Shown: in pieces, positions 25,800 to 38,914 of the stretch
Position numbering within the stretch: the stretch's first letter is position 1
Layout of the letters: each line of letters starts with the position of its first letter
Source of the DNA: Octopus sinensis
Taxonomy: Eukaryota
Length of the DNA stretch: 64,000 nucleotides
NCBI RefSeq assembly: GCF_006345805.1
Contig: NC_043014.1
Location: forward strand, 16,864,001-16,928,000
Direction of reading: 5' to 3'
The notes under the pieces: model-generated
Told to the model about the DNA's origin: nothing
The model's database searches: none
The model's input: only the letters and a program-made list of their open reading frames with translations
Translations under genes and position numbers: made by a program

Positions 25800-28250
25800 A
25801 ATTCTTCTTCTTCTTGACTTGACTTTGTGAGTGAAGATTTACAGGGGTGAGGATGGAGTATGTCCACGTCTGTTACAAGCTTGCTGATGTCCAACGAGTC
25901 TGATTCGGGACAAACAGGTAACAACCACAGAGGCTGCATGGGATGATGGGCTGGTCACGGTTGGTTGTAGTGTCCTTGTTTTCTCTCCTTATTCTCTTGT
26001 CTGTAAGGATGGCCCTGTTGGTGTTTTCAAAGGAGGCCATTGCTCAGAGATGCCAGTCTTCTCAGTCAGTGGCAAGAACAGACCAAAGGTGATGATCAAA
26101 GTGGCCGGTGCCAAGGGGTTTCTTCAGGGAGTCCTTGTACATCTTCTTTGATGCTCCTCTCTCATGGTGACCAGAGGAGAGTTTACCAAACAGTTTACCA
26201 GACCTTCCATGTTTCAGGTGGGATTCCGTCCACTCCTGTTGTCTTTCCACTTTTCAGTTGCTCTATGGCTTTTGTTGCCTCTGTGAGGGAAGGAATTTCG
26301 TCCAGCTCTGACTTCAAAGGCTGCTGTGTCTTGGGCTGAGTGGTTGGCACTGAAGAGAGTTTGAAAGAACTCTAACCACCGACTCAAGATAGTTGCCACG
26401 TTTGTGAAAAGCGTTTTTCTTTCAATCTACACTTTTGCAATGGACTTTGGACATGGTGTGAGGGACCACACATAACTTTTAGGGTTTCATAAAATTCCTT
26501 GTAGTCACCACTGTCTGTGCTAAGCTGAATTCTTTTCGCAAGGTTTATCCAATACTCATTTTTGATCTCTTTAAGTTTGTGCTGGAGATTGCTGCAGACA
26601 AGGCAGAAGGCTGCTTTCTTCCCAGGGCAATATGGGGTCGCAAGGTGAGCCTGGTGGCCAGATCTCTTCTTCGCCAGTAGTATTTGGATCTCTAGGTTAT
26701 TTTCATCAAACTAGTCTTTGTTTTTTTTTTTTGTGGAGAAGCTCAGTACTTCTTCAGAGGTTTGCAGAATGGCTGTTTTCAGGTGCTCCCAAAGCACTTA
26801 AGAGGAAGGGTCTGAGGGGCAACTGGGATCTCGAAGCTTTAACTGGAGGTTTGCCTGGAAGTTAGCTTTCACTTCAGCTGACTGCAGGATGCTGACCTGG
26901 AACCTCCTCCTTTGACCTCCACCTCTCCTTGTCTTGGATTTGAAATAGAGGCTGAGTTTGCAGTGGATAAGATGGTGGTCAGCATAGCATCTGCCCTAGG
27001 CATCACTCTAGTGTGAAGGACGTCACTCTGGTTTATCTTACACACCAGGATGTGATCTATGAGGTGCTAATGCTTGGAGCGAGGATGTATCCAGGTGGTC
27101 TTAAGACTGTTTTTCTGCTGGAAGAGGGTGTTGGTGATGGTTAGTTGTTGCTCTGTGAAAAAATCCAACAGAAGCCACCCATTGTTGTTGCAATTCCCAA
27201 CACCATGCTTGCCAAGAACTCCTTTCCAGGCTTCTCAATCTTGGCTTACTCTGGCATTGAAGTCACCAAAGATGATGACCTTGTCGTTTGCTGGGGTCTC
27301 TTGGGGGAGGCTGCACAGGTCAGCATAGAACTTATCCTTTTCTGCAAAGTCAGCTTGTGGGGTTGGGGCATACACACTGAAGAGAGTAGCATGTTGTTTG
27401 TTTGGGATGGGAAGACACATGGAGATGATAAGATCAGAATGACCTGTTGGGAGGTTTTCTAGCTTGGAGGCAATAGAGTTTCTGACCATGAAGCTGACAC
27501 CAGAGAGATGTCTTTCAGCCTGTGGCTTGCTGGACCAGTAGAGAATGTAGCCTGCACCATGTTGTTGAAGACTGCTTTCATCTGTGAAGTGAACTTCACT
27601 GAGGACAGCAGTCTCAATGTTCAATCTGGAGAGTTCTTGTGCAACAAGAGCAGAACGTCATTCTGGCCTGCTGCTGTCAGTCATGTCTATCATGGTTCTG
27701 ATGTTCTATCATACCAGTTTGAAACCATGTATACCTGATAAGGCAGGTGTGAATATTCTTCTCATTGTTGTTATTTGATCACGTTAGAAGATGCCTGCTG
27801 ACCATGCTTTGTCAACTGGGTTGATGGAGATGAGCTTTGATTAGGCCATCTTTTCTGTATGGAGCAAGCAGGGCTGTCCTTAAAAAGGGCTGATTGGTCA
27901 TCCAGCGTGCTGCCAAGGGATGTTGTCATCTCCAGGTCAACATCAGGCAACCAAAGCCCTGGATTGTCTTCATGCAAGATTGGAGCTGCAGTTTCCATTG
28001 ACATCTTCCACCTACCATTTTTGCCATTTTCCCATCGCTACAAAACTTAAGAAGGGGAGGGGGAGGTTGTGGACATGGACTCATTCTCAGGCCTATACAA
28101 ATGGAGTTTTGAGGTGGAGTACTGTGTATGCAGTATTGTCTCCACCCTTCACACCTGGAGTTCATCGAGGTCCTTGGGTTGCAGGTTTCTCCAAGGCAGG
28201 TTGCTGTACAGAACAGAAGAAACCTGTACCCTGCTACTACATGCTAATTA
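25800..28250 (-). mobile_element. Degenerate BovB-like RTE LINE, RT domain deleted
   Basis: APE segment (ALSEV...GYILYWS...SVYAPT...IIFGDFNARV), GIPPETWK joined to ...GKLSSGHHERGASKKMYKDSLKK, C-terminal CLSRIRLVGHQQAC, (GAA)n tail at 25800-25815. The 5' limit is approximate. Confidence 0.85.
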
Positions 28251-28669
28251 ACCCCTAGCTGGGATCCTGACAGGTGCTACTACTCCGGGTGAGAGTAGAC
28301 CTGGGACAACAGTGGCTAAGGGGTGGTCCCCAACCCCTCAAAACTGGGAACTCCTGGATGCAGTTTAAATTCATACTCATAACCCATGCTAGCATGGAAA
28401 ACGGACGCTAAATGATGATGATGATGATGATGATGATGGAACCAATTCTAGAGGAATATTAACTACATCAATGTCACATGTCCCTTTGGATGTGTGAAGG
28501 CCATGGGAGCTGTCTCTCCCTCTCTGCATTAAACCTATAAAACATCACATTATACACACTACACATATCATCTCAAACACTTTATACACACACACACACA
28601 CACGCATACACACATACATATATATGTATCTATCTATATGCACGTGTGTGTAGCAGTGAAAGTACTTAT

Positions 28670-28936
28670 GTATAACTGTGAGGGTGAAGTTGAACTGGAC
28701 ACTGCCAAAGCTGTTGGTTGCTTTACATGTGTACAATCCACTGTCTTCAATTTCAACATCTTTGATGCGGAGTCCCATCTCCTGGATATAAAACCTCTCC
28801 CATGCAATGTTGATGGTGTGTCCATCTTTACTCCACTGCATGTAGGGTAGTGGTGTGGAAGTGATGGGGCAGCGAAACCTGAAGTTCTTACCGATGTAGG
28901 CAAAGAAGACTGCCGTCTGGTTAATAAAGGGAGGAC
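28670..28936 (-). CDS. FGFRL1: FGFRL1-like exon, Ig domain 1
   Basis: Acceptor ctctctttgcag, then (G)PPFINQTAVFFAYIGKNFRFRCPITSTPLPYMQWSKDG...EDSGLYTCKATNSFGSVQFNFTLTVI. 267 bp, phase 1-1. The donor reads ATAAGT rather than GTAAGT. Confidence 0.85.
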
Positions 28937-29583
28937 CTGCAAAGAGAGAGAGAGAAACAGTTGTCAGGGTTACTGTGTATCATCATCATCATCATAGTGG
29001 GGTTGTTTAACCCAAGGTCAGGCCTCAGTGAGTGTGTTAGGTGGGTATTGGGAAAGCATGTTTCTGAGTGTTGTGTGATTGTCACTGAAGGGGCAGGCAT
29101 GGCTGTGTGGCCACTTTGGTAAATGTCTTCTACCCTAGCCCAGGACCAACCAAAGTCTCAGGACTGGATTTGGTAGATGGAAACTGAAAGAAGCCTGTTG
29201 GATCTAAATATATGTATGTCCTTATTCAGTTTTATTTCAAGATTTCTTGCCAATAGAGAAAGAGCCGGTTTCTAACCTAGATCCAAGGCTCCTTCATTGG
29301 AATTTCAACAACATCAACAGGGTATTTTTGCATGTATGTGTGTATATGTGCAGTATTTGGAGTCAGTGCATGTGCAGATTTGTATGTCTTGTTTTATGTA
29401 TGTATTCTCATGCATATAGTAGCATGTCTAGACATGCGCATATATGCTTAAATCATAAACTTCTGGATAGTTTTACAGATTTTTACAGTTCCAGTGATGG
29501 CTTGGGTCTGTAGTCTTCGAATCAGTTTTCTACTTTCTGGTTTTGAGAAGCCTAACTTCTCAAGATTGGTACGTACGTATGTA

Positions 29584-29615
<32 letters not shown>

Positions 29616-30744
29616 ACTGTCTTCTTGCCTTGACATCATGTGATAGTTGTGAGTGTCATTGTCATACAAGTGGTGTCCCTTGTTTCCAATCTTCTGCAAA
29701 AATATGCCTGGTCATGGGGAAATATTACCTTGCAGGTAAAAGTTGGTGACAGGAAGAGCATCCAGCCGTAGAAAATCTGCCTGAAAAAATCCCATCCGAC
29801 CAATGAAAGCATGGAAAAGTGATGATGATGATGATAATGATATATATATATATATATACAATAACACAGGTGGGGTAAGGTTCACTACAGCTGTTTCAGA
29901 CGTGATCTTTATTGATGAACAAAACAATTACATCATGTAAAAAAAACGTTTTCTTCGGGTGAATTAAGAGTAAAATTGAACATTTAGGATTTTTCACACA
30001 AATAGTATATAATGTGTATTGACCCTCTCATCATGGTTCCAGCTGAGAGAGAGAGTGTTGGATCTTGAGCCTACAGTCGACCGTGGAATATGTACCAGAG
30101 TATACTCCTGTGTGACTTTATGTATTTGGTCAATACTTGTGAATGTTTGCGTAACTGGAAGGACAAATCCGTATTTATTTTGGTAAGTATGCGAGTGTCC
30201 GTATGTGAGTGTCCATACACACTTTTAGTGCACAGGTACTCTACCTTAGTGCCTCTGTTATTTAAATACCTCGATTATATCGGATCCTGAAAATGTTATC
30301 ATATGTGTATGTATATATATATATATATATATCTTCTCTATATATAAAACTGAAATGCGTTTTTACTGCTCGGATCGCTTTCAAAGTCACTACATCCCGT
30401 CCGATTCGCTCCAAAATTTACAGGGACATGTAGAATGAGGTGACGATGCCCGTGGGCTACCTTAGAAATCCCTATCTTGAAAGGTGTGGTTGCTAGGGGC
30501 CATCTTCCTCACTCACGCTATTTCCTCCTTTCCCTCTCTTACTCCCCTTCATTTATAACTTTGAGTATTCCACTCCCGTTATTTAATGTATTCCCCTCAA
30601 CTCCCTTTCACTTTCCCTTAATAAGTTCGTCAGGCGGCGTTCTTTGATGTATCTGTCTGCATTCATAGTGAGAATTATCATCGCTACCAACAACACACAA
30701 TCATGAGAACAAATATTATGAATCAGATATTCATTGCGTTCATT

Positions 30745-30782
<38 letters not shown>

Positions 30783-31077
30783 CGATATATAAATATGTAT
30801 ATATAATGTATATATACAAAGTTTATATATCTGTATTTATGTATATTAAACTTTTTAATACTTTTTGATAGTTATATATATTTTTAAACAAATTACAAAT
30901 ATAATTTAATAATTTTTATTTTAAATTTAAATAATTTAAATTTTTCAATTTTATATATTTTCTATATTATATTTTTATCTTTATGTTTTTGTTTCTGTTT
31001 TTTTTTTTGCCTATTTGTGGTTTTATCTCTAATTTAATTTATACATATATATATATAATTTGTATATATAATGCGTG

Positions 31078-31113
<36 letters not shown>

Positions 31114-31166
31114 ATGTGTGCATTATGTGGTCGGTATGTTCAGCTGAAAATATGCACACCTATGAA

Positions 31167-32254
31167 CCCTTTCGTTACTATATTTCTGACCAAAATACAC
31201 CCCTTATGTGTTTCAATTAATTTCTAACATAATCATAAAGTTAGTCTGGTTTCATTAAACGACTATAACTTTTTTATTTATCAATATATTAACATGAATT
31301 TTGGAAGATAATTTAATGAAATGTTCTCAACCAATTCTATACTATAATTTTTGTCACAAAGTGACTCTAATTGCAGGTAGATACAGGTAAATTCAACAAT
31401 ATTTAAAATTATTAAAATTTTGTTCAAACATCGCTATAGAAAAGGGGTTATTAGCTAATATTCAATTGGGTATACAACAAAATTTTACGATAGAATTTGT
31501 TATTCTGGGTAACTTTCTGATACCCATAATAATATTTATGGCAAAATAGTCTTAATTTCATTTAAGGTTATGGGAAACCACTAACTATCCTTTCTTTCGC
31601 TTTGTTTACATTTAGCGTAATGGTTCGTTTCCGCCGTAATGATTTCAAATAGGCTCATTCGAAAAAGTAAAAAGAAATAGTCTAAGGCTTTACTCTCCTG
31701 GGAAAGTCTGTGTCTTGGTCCAGTTTCTTCAGAAAAATCACCGAAAGAAACAGTTTTTCAATTTTCCCTCCATTCAGATGCCAATTCATTTTCTTTATCG
31801 CCGTCAGAGCTCTCGGATTCACTGTTTTCACTTTCGGAAAATGAAACATCAGATTCATTATCAAATACCACGTGCTTCTTTTTTTTCAGTCATAGAGTTA
31901 GATTTATCAAGGTCTTCAGTAGAAAATCCTTTGAATTCTGACTTGCTGCTTGATATTATGAAATTCGTATCCATTTTTTGTCAGAATTACAAATTTTGAA
32001 AACACAATAGGAACAAATCTTGGAAAAAAATCTCCCAAAATTCACGGAATTAAAATTACACTTCGATCGTTGTACAAAACTGTAGATGAACTGTTTACGA
32101 AGTATAATCACGTGTTTTCACGAATGTAATAAAGAGATTTGCTCTGATATTCTCATTTAAATATGAATAGGTAAATACGAGCGGGTTTGGGCGGTTTGGT
32201 CACATTAACCAAAATTTTTTTCAGGCAGCTTTTGGCGGTTTGGTAATGAAAGGG
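31167..32254 (-). mobile_element. Non-autonomous piggyBac nested in Helitron B1
   Basis: TIRs CCCTTTCGTTAC/GTAATGAAAGGG; TGAA left and TTAA right; empty TTAA in paralogues (36767, 38678); acidic transposase N-terminus remnant ending GPRHRLSQESKALDYFFYFF. Confidence 0.85.
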
Positions 32255-33021
32255 TTAAAAGTGCTGGCAAGTTTGCATGACAACTATTCTTTTCCTCAAA
32301 TGAAAGGTGTGACCTCTAGGACAAAATTCCTCATCTTATAAAATGTGGCCCCAGTACACCCGAATGAAATCGCGTTATATTAACCAAAAGGTAAAAAGGG
32401 GTATAAATGGGGCTAGAAGGGGATTAAAATTTAAAGGAGCAGGTGTTTAGGAATTCTGTTACATCAAGCTAAAAAATTTGTGCCAGCCTTTTAATCTTCA
32501 ATGTGTTGCCGTCCATGATGAAGAGATTTTGAATGCTTGCCATGGTGAGTCTACTGTCGTGAGAAAGTATCACTTCAAAACTTGGTGTTTACAAATTTTC
32601 TTTTACATCAAGTTCAAAATTTTACGCCAGCCATTAAACTATCAATACGTTGCTGTCCGTCGTTAACAAATGCCAGTCATGGTGACTCTACTATCCTCAG
32701 ATTCTATCCCTTCAAACTTTGGTTTCCAATATTTTATTATTTTTATTCAGCTCGCAAGTTCGTCTGTCCCTTTTAAATGTTAGCATTTTGCTGTCTGCCT
32801 TGAAGCAGACCTTTCCGTTGCCACTGCCTGATATTTATGATTGATCTTTCTAAATATTTTATTTCTCAACTTACTCAAGATCTTTTGTTGTTTATAAATG
32901 GGAGAGAGATAGATAAATATAGAGAGTAAGAGAAAGCGAGGGAGAGTCCGAGAGAAAAGAAAAGTAAGAGAGTGGGAAAGTGAGAGAGAAAGGAGAGAGA
33001 AACAAAGAGGGAGAATCATCA

Positions 33022-33330
33022 TCATCATCATCATCGTTCAACGTCCGTTTTCCGTGCTAGCACGGGTTGGACAGTTTGACCGGGGTCTGGGAAGCCAGGA
33101 GGCTGCACCAGGCTCCAGTCTGATCTGGCAGTGTTTCTATAGGTGGATGACCTTCCTAACGCCAACCACTCTGTGAGTGTAGTGGGTGCTTTTTTCGTGC
33201 TGCCGGCACAAGTGCCAGGGGGGCTCGCAGTGGCAACGATCGGTTGGTGCTTTTTACGTGCCACTGCCACAGAAGCCAGTCAAGGCGGCGCTGCAATCGG
33301 CCACGTTCGGATGGTGCTTTTTACGTGCTG
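33022..33330 (-). mobile_element. RTE 3'-end-derived element inside Helitron B1
   Basis: (cat)n tail; same insertion present in B4 at 37613-37925. Confidence 0.8.
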
Positions 33331-33508
33331 AAAGGAAGCAACAGAAAGTAACAACCACACTCTTACCCGCGCGTAGAGCAGGTCACCTTCAGCTAGTATA
33401 TATATTATATATAATATATTCTTATATATTATATATATATATATATTATATATATATTATATATATATATATATAATTATATATATATATATATATTCTT
33501 ATATATAT

Positions 33509-33560
<52 letters not shown>

Positions 33561-33681
33561 CATATATATATACATATATATATACATATATATATATATA
33601 ATATATATATATTATATATATATACATATATATATATATACATATATATATACATATATATATACATATATATATATCATA

Positions 33682-33726
<45 letters not shown>

Positions 33727-33728
33727 TA

Positions 33729-33760
<32 letters not shown>

Positions 33761-33784
33761 CATACATATATATAATATATATAC

Positions 33785-33832
<48 letters not shown>

Positions 33833-34070
33833 TATACATATATATATACATATATGTATTATGTGAAATAGAAAGATGAATAATATTGTAGTAGATTAAT
33901 CAAAAGTTTAACCGATACCTTAGTAGCAAAAATCACAGCAGTAAACAGCACGGTTGGAGGTACAACCATCTGGCGTTGCAACCGTGCGTTGGTGCGGATA
34001 ATTGAAATTAAAACATTATTGGTGAATTGAAGAAATGGAGCTGAACGCAGATTGAACAGAAATCGTTTTA

Positions 34071-34160
34071 TTTCATTCTACACGTGTTTCGAAAGGCACA
34101 AATTACCAAAATCCGATTGAATAATGGGACCATATTGTGTCTTTCTCTTCAGGAAGAAAA
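34071..34160 (-). ncRNA. Type I hammerhead ribozyme, canonical core
   Basis: ttttcttc CTGAAGA GAAAGACACAA..TTGTGCCTTTC GAAA C acgt GTA gaatgaaa; predicted cleavage after 34079. Confidence 0.8.
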
Positions 34161-34196
34161 AAGGAAATCCGTTGGAAAAACAAAAACAGAACAATA

Positions 34197-34740
34197 TCTC
34201 TATATATAAAACTGAAATGCGTTTTTACCGCTTGGATCGCTTTCAATGCCACTACATCCCGTCCGATTCGCTCCAAAATTTACAGGGACATGTAGAATGA
34301 GGTGACGATGCTCGTGGGCTACCTTAGAAATCCCTATCTTAAAAGGTGTGGTTGCTAGTGGCCATCTTCCTCACTCACCCTATTTCCTCCAGTACTCTCT
34401 CACTCCTCTTCAATTGACAATGCCACTACCGTTATTTAATGTAAAGTCTTCCTCAAATCACTCTCTTGCTATTTCCTGTCTTCCAAGAACATTTTCACTC
34501 AGTCTATCTCTTAGCTTCCCATACATTTTACTCATGTATCTATCTGCGTTCATAGACAGAAACAAATATTACATCGCCATCGCCATCGCCATCGCATTCT
34601 ATTGTCTACCTGTCAACACACACACACACATATATACATATATCTAATATTATATTTTTATTTTTATGTTTTTGTTTTTGGATTTTTACTGTTTCATTTC
34701 CCTATTAGTGGTTTGATCTCTAATTTAATTTCTACAGCGT

Positions 34741-34811
<71 letters not shown>

Positions 34812-36090
34812 TATGTGGCCCCAGTAGACCCGAATGAAATCGGGTTCTCTTCATCAAAATGTGAAAAGGGTTCTAGAATTATCATCGCCACCACCAACAC
34901 ACAATCATGACAATCTTTCTCTTAAAACAAATCATGTTTACATTGCAAAATATTTCATTTTCCCGTCCTCTCTTTCATATATGTGACCCAGGTTTTAAGT
35001 GCCGCACAGCTACAATTAGACAACGGCTAAAAACATTCGATGTTGATAATGCCTGGATCGTTCCATTCAACCCGTTGCTTTCCAAAACATTTAATGCACA
35101 CATTAATGTTGAGTACTGCAGTTCGGTGAGATGCATACAATACCTCTTCAAGTACATTAATAAGGGCGATGATATGGCCGTGTTTGTGTTCAGTGATGAA
35201 GACCTTAGACATGACGAAATTAAACAATTCGTTTTGGGTAGATATGTATCCTCCAATTATGCAGCGTGGCGCATTTTTGGATACGAGATTCATCTAAGCT
35301 CACCATCAGTTTTCCACCTGAATGTTCATTTACAGAAGAGACAGCTGGTTTACTTCACAGAGAAAAATGCACGTCAAGTCATTGAAAATCCAAAAGGGAC
35401 TACGCTTACAGCATTTTTTAAATTGTGTTCAGTTGATGAGTTTGCTGCTACTCTCATTTACCCTGAAGTACCGGAATATTACACATACAACAACAATAAT
35501 TGGAAGCGCAGGTCACATGGAACAGAACTTGACAATTGGCCCGGTGTTTCTAGGAGAACGTCATTGGGCGTGTGTATAATATTCATCCTACCAAACAGGA
35601 AATCTTCTTTTTGAGAATGCTACTTCATGTAGTTACTGGACCGAAGTCTTTTGCTGATCTTCGCACGGTTGATGGTATCATCTGCGCCACTTACAGGGAA
35701 GCATGTTTGAGGCGCGGACTTCTTCTCAATGATGACCACTTACACAGGACATTAGCAGAGGCCTCAAATTGTAAACTGCCATGGCAAATGCGTCGATTGT
35801 TTTGTAGCATATTAATCCACTGTAATCCCAGCAACCCTTTTAACCTTTGGGAATCGTTCAGACAGAGTCTATCAAAGGACATGCAGGCTAATTTAGTGCT
35901 ACGTGATGGCAACGACGATGTTTATAATGAGGCATTAATCGACATGGACAGACACATCAGACGCTATGTTATATGCGGTTTAAGTGAATTCCATCTGCCA
36001 ATACCTGTCCATCATGAAGCGCCTTTGGATGTTGAATACATGTCAGAAAAAAACTACAACATTGCCGAATTGACGGAAACAATTACGCGA
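34197..36090 (+). mobile_element. Helitron family B, unit B2, carrying RepHel coding fragment
   Basis: Same 5' terminus as B1, followed by RepHel sequence; 3' end truncated against B3. Confidence 0.75.
34907..36090 (+). pseudogene. Helitron Rep-helicase fragment (one frameshift near 35560)
   Basis: DNAWIVPFNPLLSKTFNAHINVEYC...YLFKYINKG...GRYVSS..AAWRIFG and FFLRMLLHVVTGPKSFADLRTVDG...YREAC..RGLL are typical RepHel motifs. Confidence 0.93.
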
Positions 36091-37547
36091 GGGATAGAAT
36101 CTGAGGGTAGTAGAGTCAGCATGGCTGGCTTTTCTTAACGACGGACAGCAACGTAGTGACAGTTTAATGGCTGGCGTAAAATTTTGAACTTGATGTAAAA
36201 GAAAATTCGTAAACACCAAGTTTTGAAGTGATTCTTTTTCACAACAGTAGACTCACCATGGCAAGCATTCAAAACCTCTTCATCATGGACGGCAACACAT
36301 ATATCCCTTCAAACTTTGGTTTCCAATATTTTATTATTTTTATTCAGCTCGCAAGTTCGTCTGTCCCTTTTAAATGTTAGCGTTTTGCTGTCTGCCTTGA
36401 AGCAGACCTTTCCGTTGTTACTGCCTGATATTTATGATTGATCTTTCTAAATACTTTATTTCTCAACTTACTCAAGATCTCTTGTTGTTTATAAATGGGA
36501 GAGAGATAGATAAATATAGAGAGTAATAGAAAAGGCTGGCGCAAATTTTTTAGCTTGATGTAACAGAGAATTCCTAAACACCCGCTCCTTTAAATTTTAA
36601 TCCCCTTCTAGCCCCATTTAGACCCCTTTTCACATTTTGGTTAATATAACGCGATTTCATTCGGGTGTACTGGGGCCACATTTTATAAGATGAGGAATTT
36701 TGTCCTAGAGGTCACGCCTTTCATTTGAGGAAAAAAAATAGTTGTCATGCAAACTTGCCAGCACTTTTAACATAGGTCTGCATCTATGTATGTGTGTGTG
36801 TGTATGTATGTGTATGTATGTGTGTGTATGTATGTGTGTGTATGTATGTGTGTGTGTATGTATGTATTTCCATTGAGTCAAACTCATTATTTTCTACATA
36901 GCAGACCGTTACATAAACAGGCAAAGGTACATATATACATACACTCACACATACATACACATAAAACACATACATATACACACACACATACATGCATACA
37001 TACATATACACATACATGCATACACACGCACGCACTACAAAAACCGAGTAAAAAATTTCAGTTATCTCTCTCTTTCACACAGACAGATACATAAAAGAAG
37101 GCCGTTTGTATGAAATAGAGTGAGTATTGTGTGTTGGTGGTGGTGGTGGTGGTGGCGATGATAATTATCATTAGGAAAAAGAGTGAGTGAGAAAGACATA
37201 TACATAAGTTGTGGCGATGATAATTCTCCCTATAAATGCAAACAGATACATCAAAGAACGCCGGCTGACGAACTTATAAAAGGAAAGTGAAAGGGAGTTG
37301 AGGGGAATACATTAAATAACGGGAGTTATAAATGAAGGGGAGTAAGAGAGGGAAAGGAGGAAATAGCGTGAGTGAAGAAGATGGCCCCTAGCAACCACAC
37401 CTTTTAAGCTAGGGATTTCTAAGGTAGCCCACGGGCATCGTCACCTCATTCTACATGTCCCTGTAAATTTTGGAGCGAATCGGACGGGACGTAGTGGCAT
37501 TGAAAGCGATCCAAGCAGTAAAAACGCATTTCAGTTTTATATATAGA
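36091..37547 (-). mobile_element. Helitron family B, unit B3 (rearranged, 3' truncated)
   Basis: 5' TCTATATATAAAACTG at 37547; internal blocks match B1 32255-32930 in shuffled order and orientation. Confidence 0.75.
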
Positions 37548-38914
37548 ATAGCTGAAGGTGACCCGCTCTACGCGCGGGTAAGAGTGTGGGTGTTACTTTC
37601 TGTTGCTACCGTTCAGCACGTAAAAAGCACCATCCGAACGTGGCCGATTGCAGCACCGCCTTGACTTGCTTCTGTGCTGGTGGCACGTAAAAAGCACCAA
37701 CCGATCGTTGCCACTGCGAGCCCCCCTGGCACCAGTGCCGTCGGCACGAAAAAAGCACTCACTACACTCACAGTGTGGTTGGCGTTAGGAAGGTCATCCA
37801 CCTGTAGAAACACTGCCAGATCAGACTGGAGCCTGGTGCAGCCTCCAGGCTTCCGAGACCCGGTCACACTGCCCAACCCGTGCTAGCACGGAAAACGGAC
37901 GTTAAACGATGATGATGATGATGATTCTCCGTATTTGTTTCTCTCTCCTTTCTCTCTCACTTTCCCACTCTCTTACTTTTCTTTTCTCTCTGACTATATA
38001 TTTATAGTCAGATATATTTATCTATCTCTCTCCCATTTATAAACAACAAAAGATCTTGAGTAAGTTGAGAAATAAAATATTTAGAAAGATCAATCATAAA
38101 TATCAGGCAGTGGCAACGGAGAGGTCTGCTTCAAGGCAGACAGCAAAATGCTAACATTTAAAAGGGACAGACGAACTTGCGAGCTGAATAAAAATAATAA
38201 AATATTGGAAACCAAAGTTTGAAGGGATAGAATCTGAGGATAGTAGAGTCACCATGACTGGCATTTGTTAACGACGGACAGCAACGTATTGATAGTTTAA
38301 TGGCTGGCGTAAAATTTTGAACTTGATGTAAAAGAAAATTTGTAAACACCAAGTTTTGAAGTGATACTTTCTCACGACAGTAGACTCACCATGGCAAGCA
38401 TTCAAAACTTCTTTATCATGGACGGCAACACATTGACGATTAAAAGGCTGGCGCAAATTTTTTAGCTTGATGCAACAGAGAATTCCTAAACACCCGCTCT
38501 TTGAAATTTTAATCCCCTTCCAGCCCCATTTAGACCCCTTTTCACATTTTGGTTAATATAACCCGATTTCATTCGGGTGTACTGGAGCCACATTTTATAA
38601 GATGAGGAATTTTGTCCTAGAGGTGACGCCTTTCATTTGAGGAACAAAATAGTTGTGATCCAAACTTGTCAGCACCTTTAACATAGGTGTGCATATTTTC
38701 AGGTGAATCGACCGACTACGTAATGCACACATATATATATGTGTATATATATATATGTGTGTGTGTGTGTGCACGCATTATATATACAAATGTATACAAA
38801 TGAGATATATATCTGTATAAATTAAATTAGAGATAAAACCACTAATAGGCAAATCAAACAGTGAAAAACCAAAAACAAAAACATAAAAAAAGAAAATATA
38901 ACATAGAAAATATA

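Larger units (their letters stand above)
30332..33396 (+). mobile_element. Helitron family B, unit B1
   Basis: 5' TCTCTATATATAAAACTGAAATGCG, 3' hairpin acccgcgcgtagagcaggt and CTAG|T at 33393-33397. Confidence 0.8.

Noticed and set aside
27750-28260. HDV-like ribozyme expected at RTE 5' ends
   Set aside because: Could not build the nested double pseudoknot by eye here or upstream of the other RTE copies; needs a descriptor search.
37261-37300. CTGACGA...GAAA in Helitron B3 (also B1 near 30625)
   Set aside because: No helix III, cleavage triplet or helix I.
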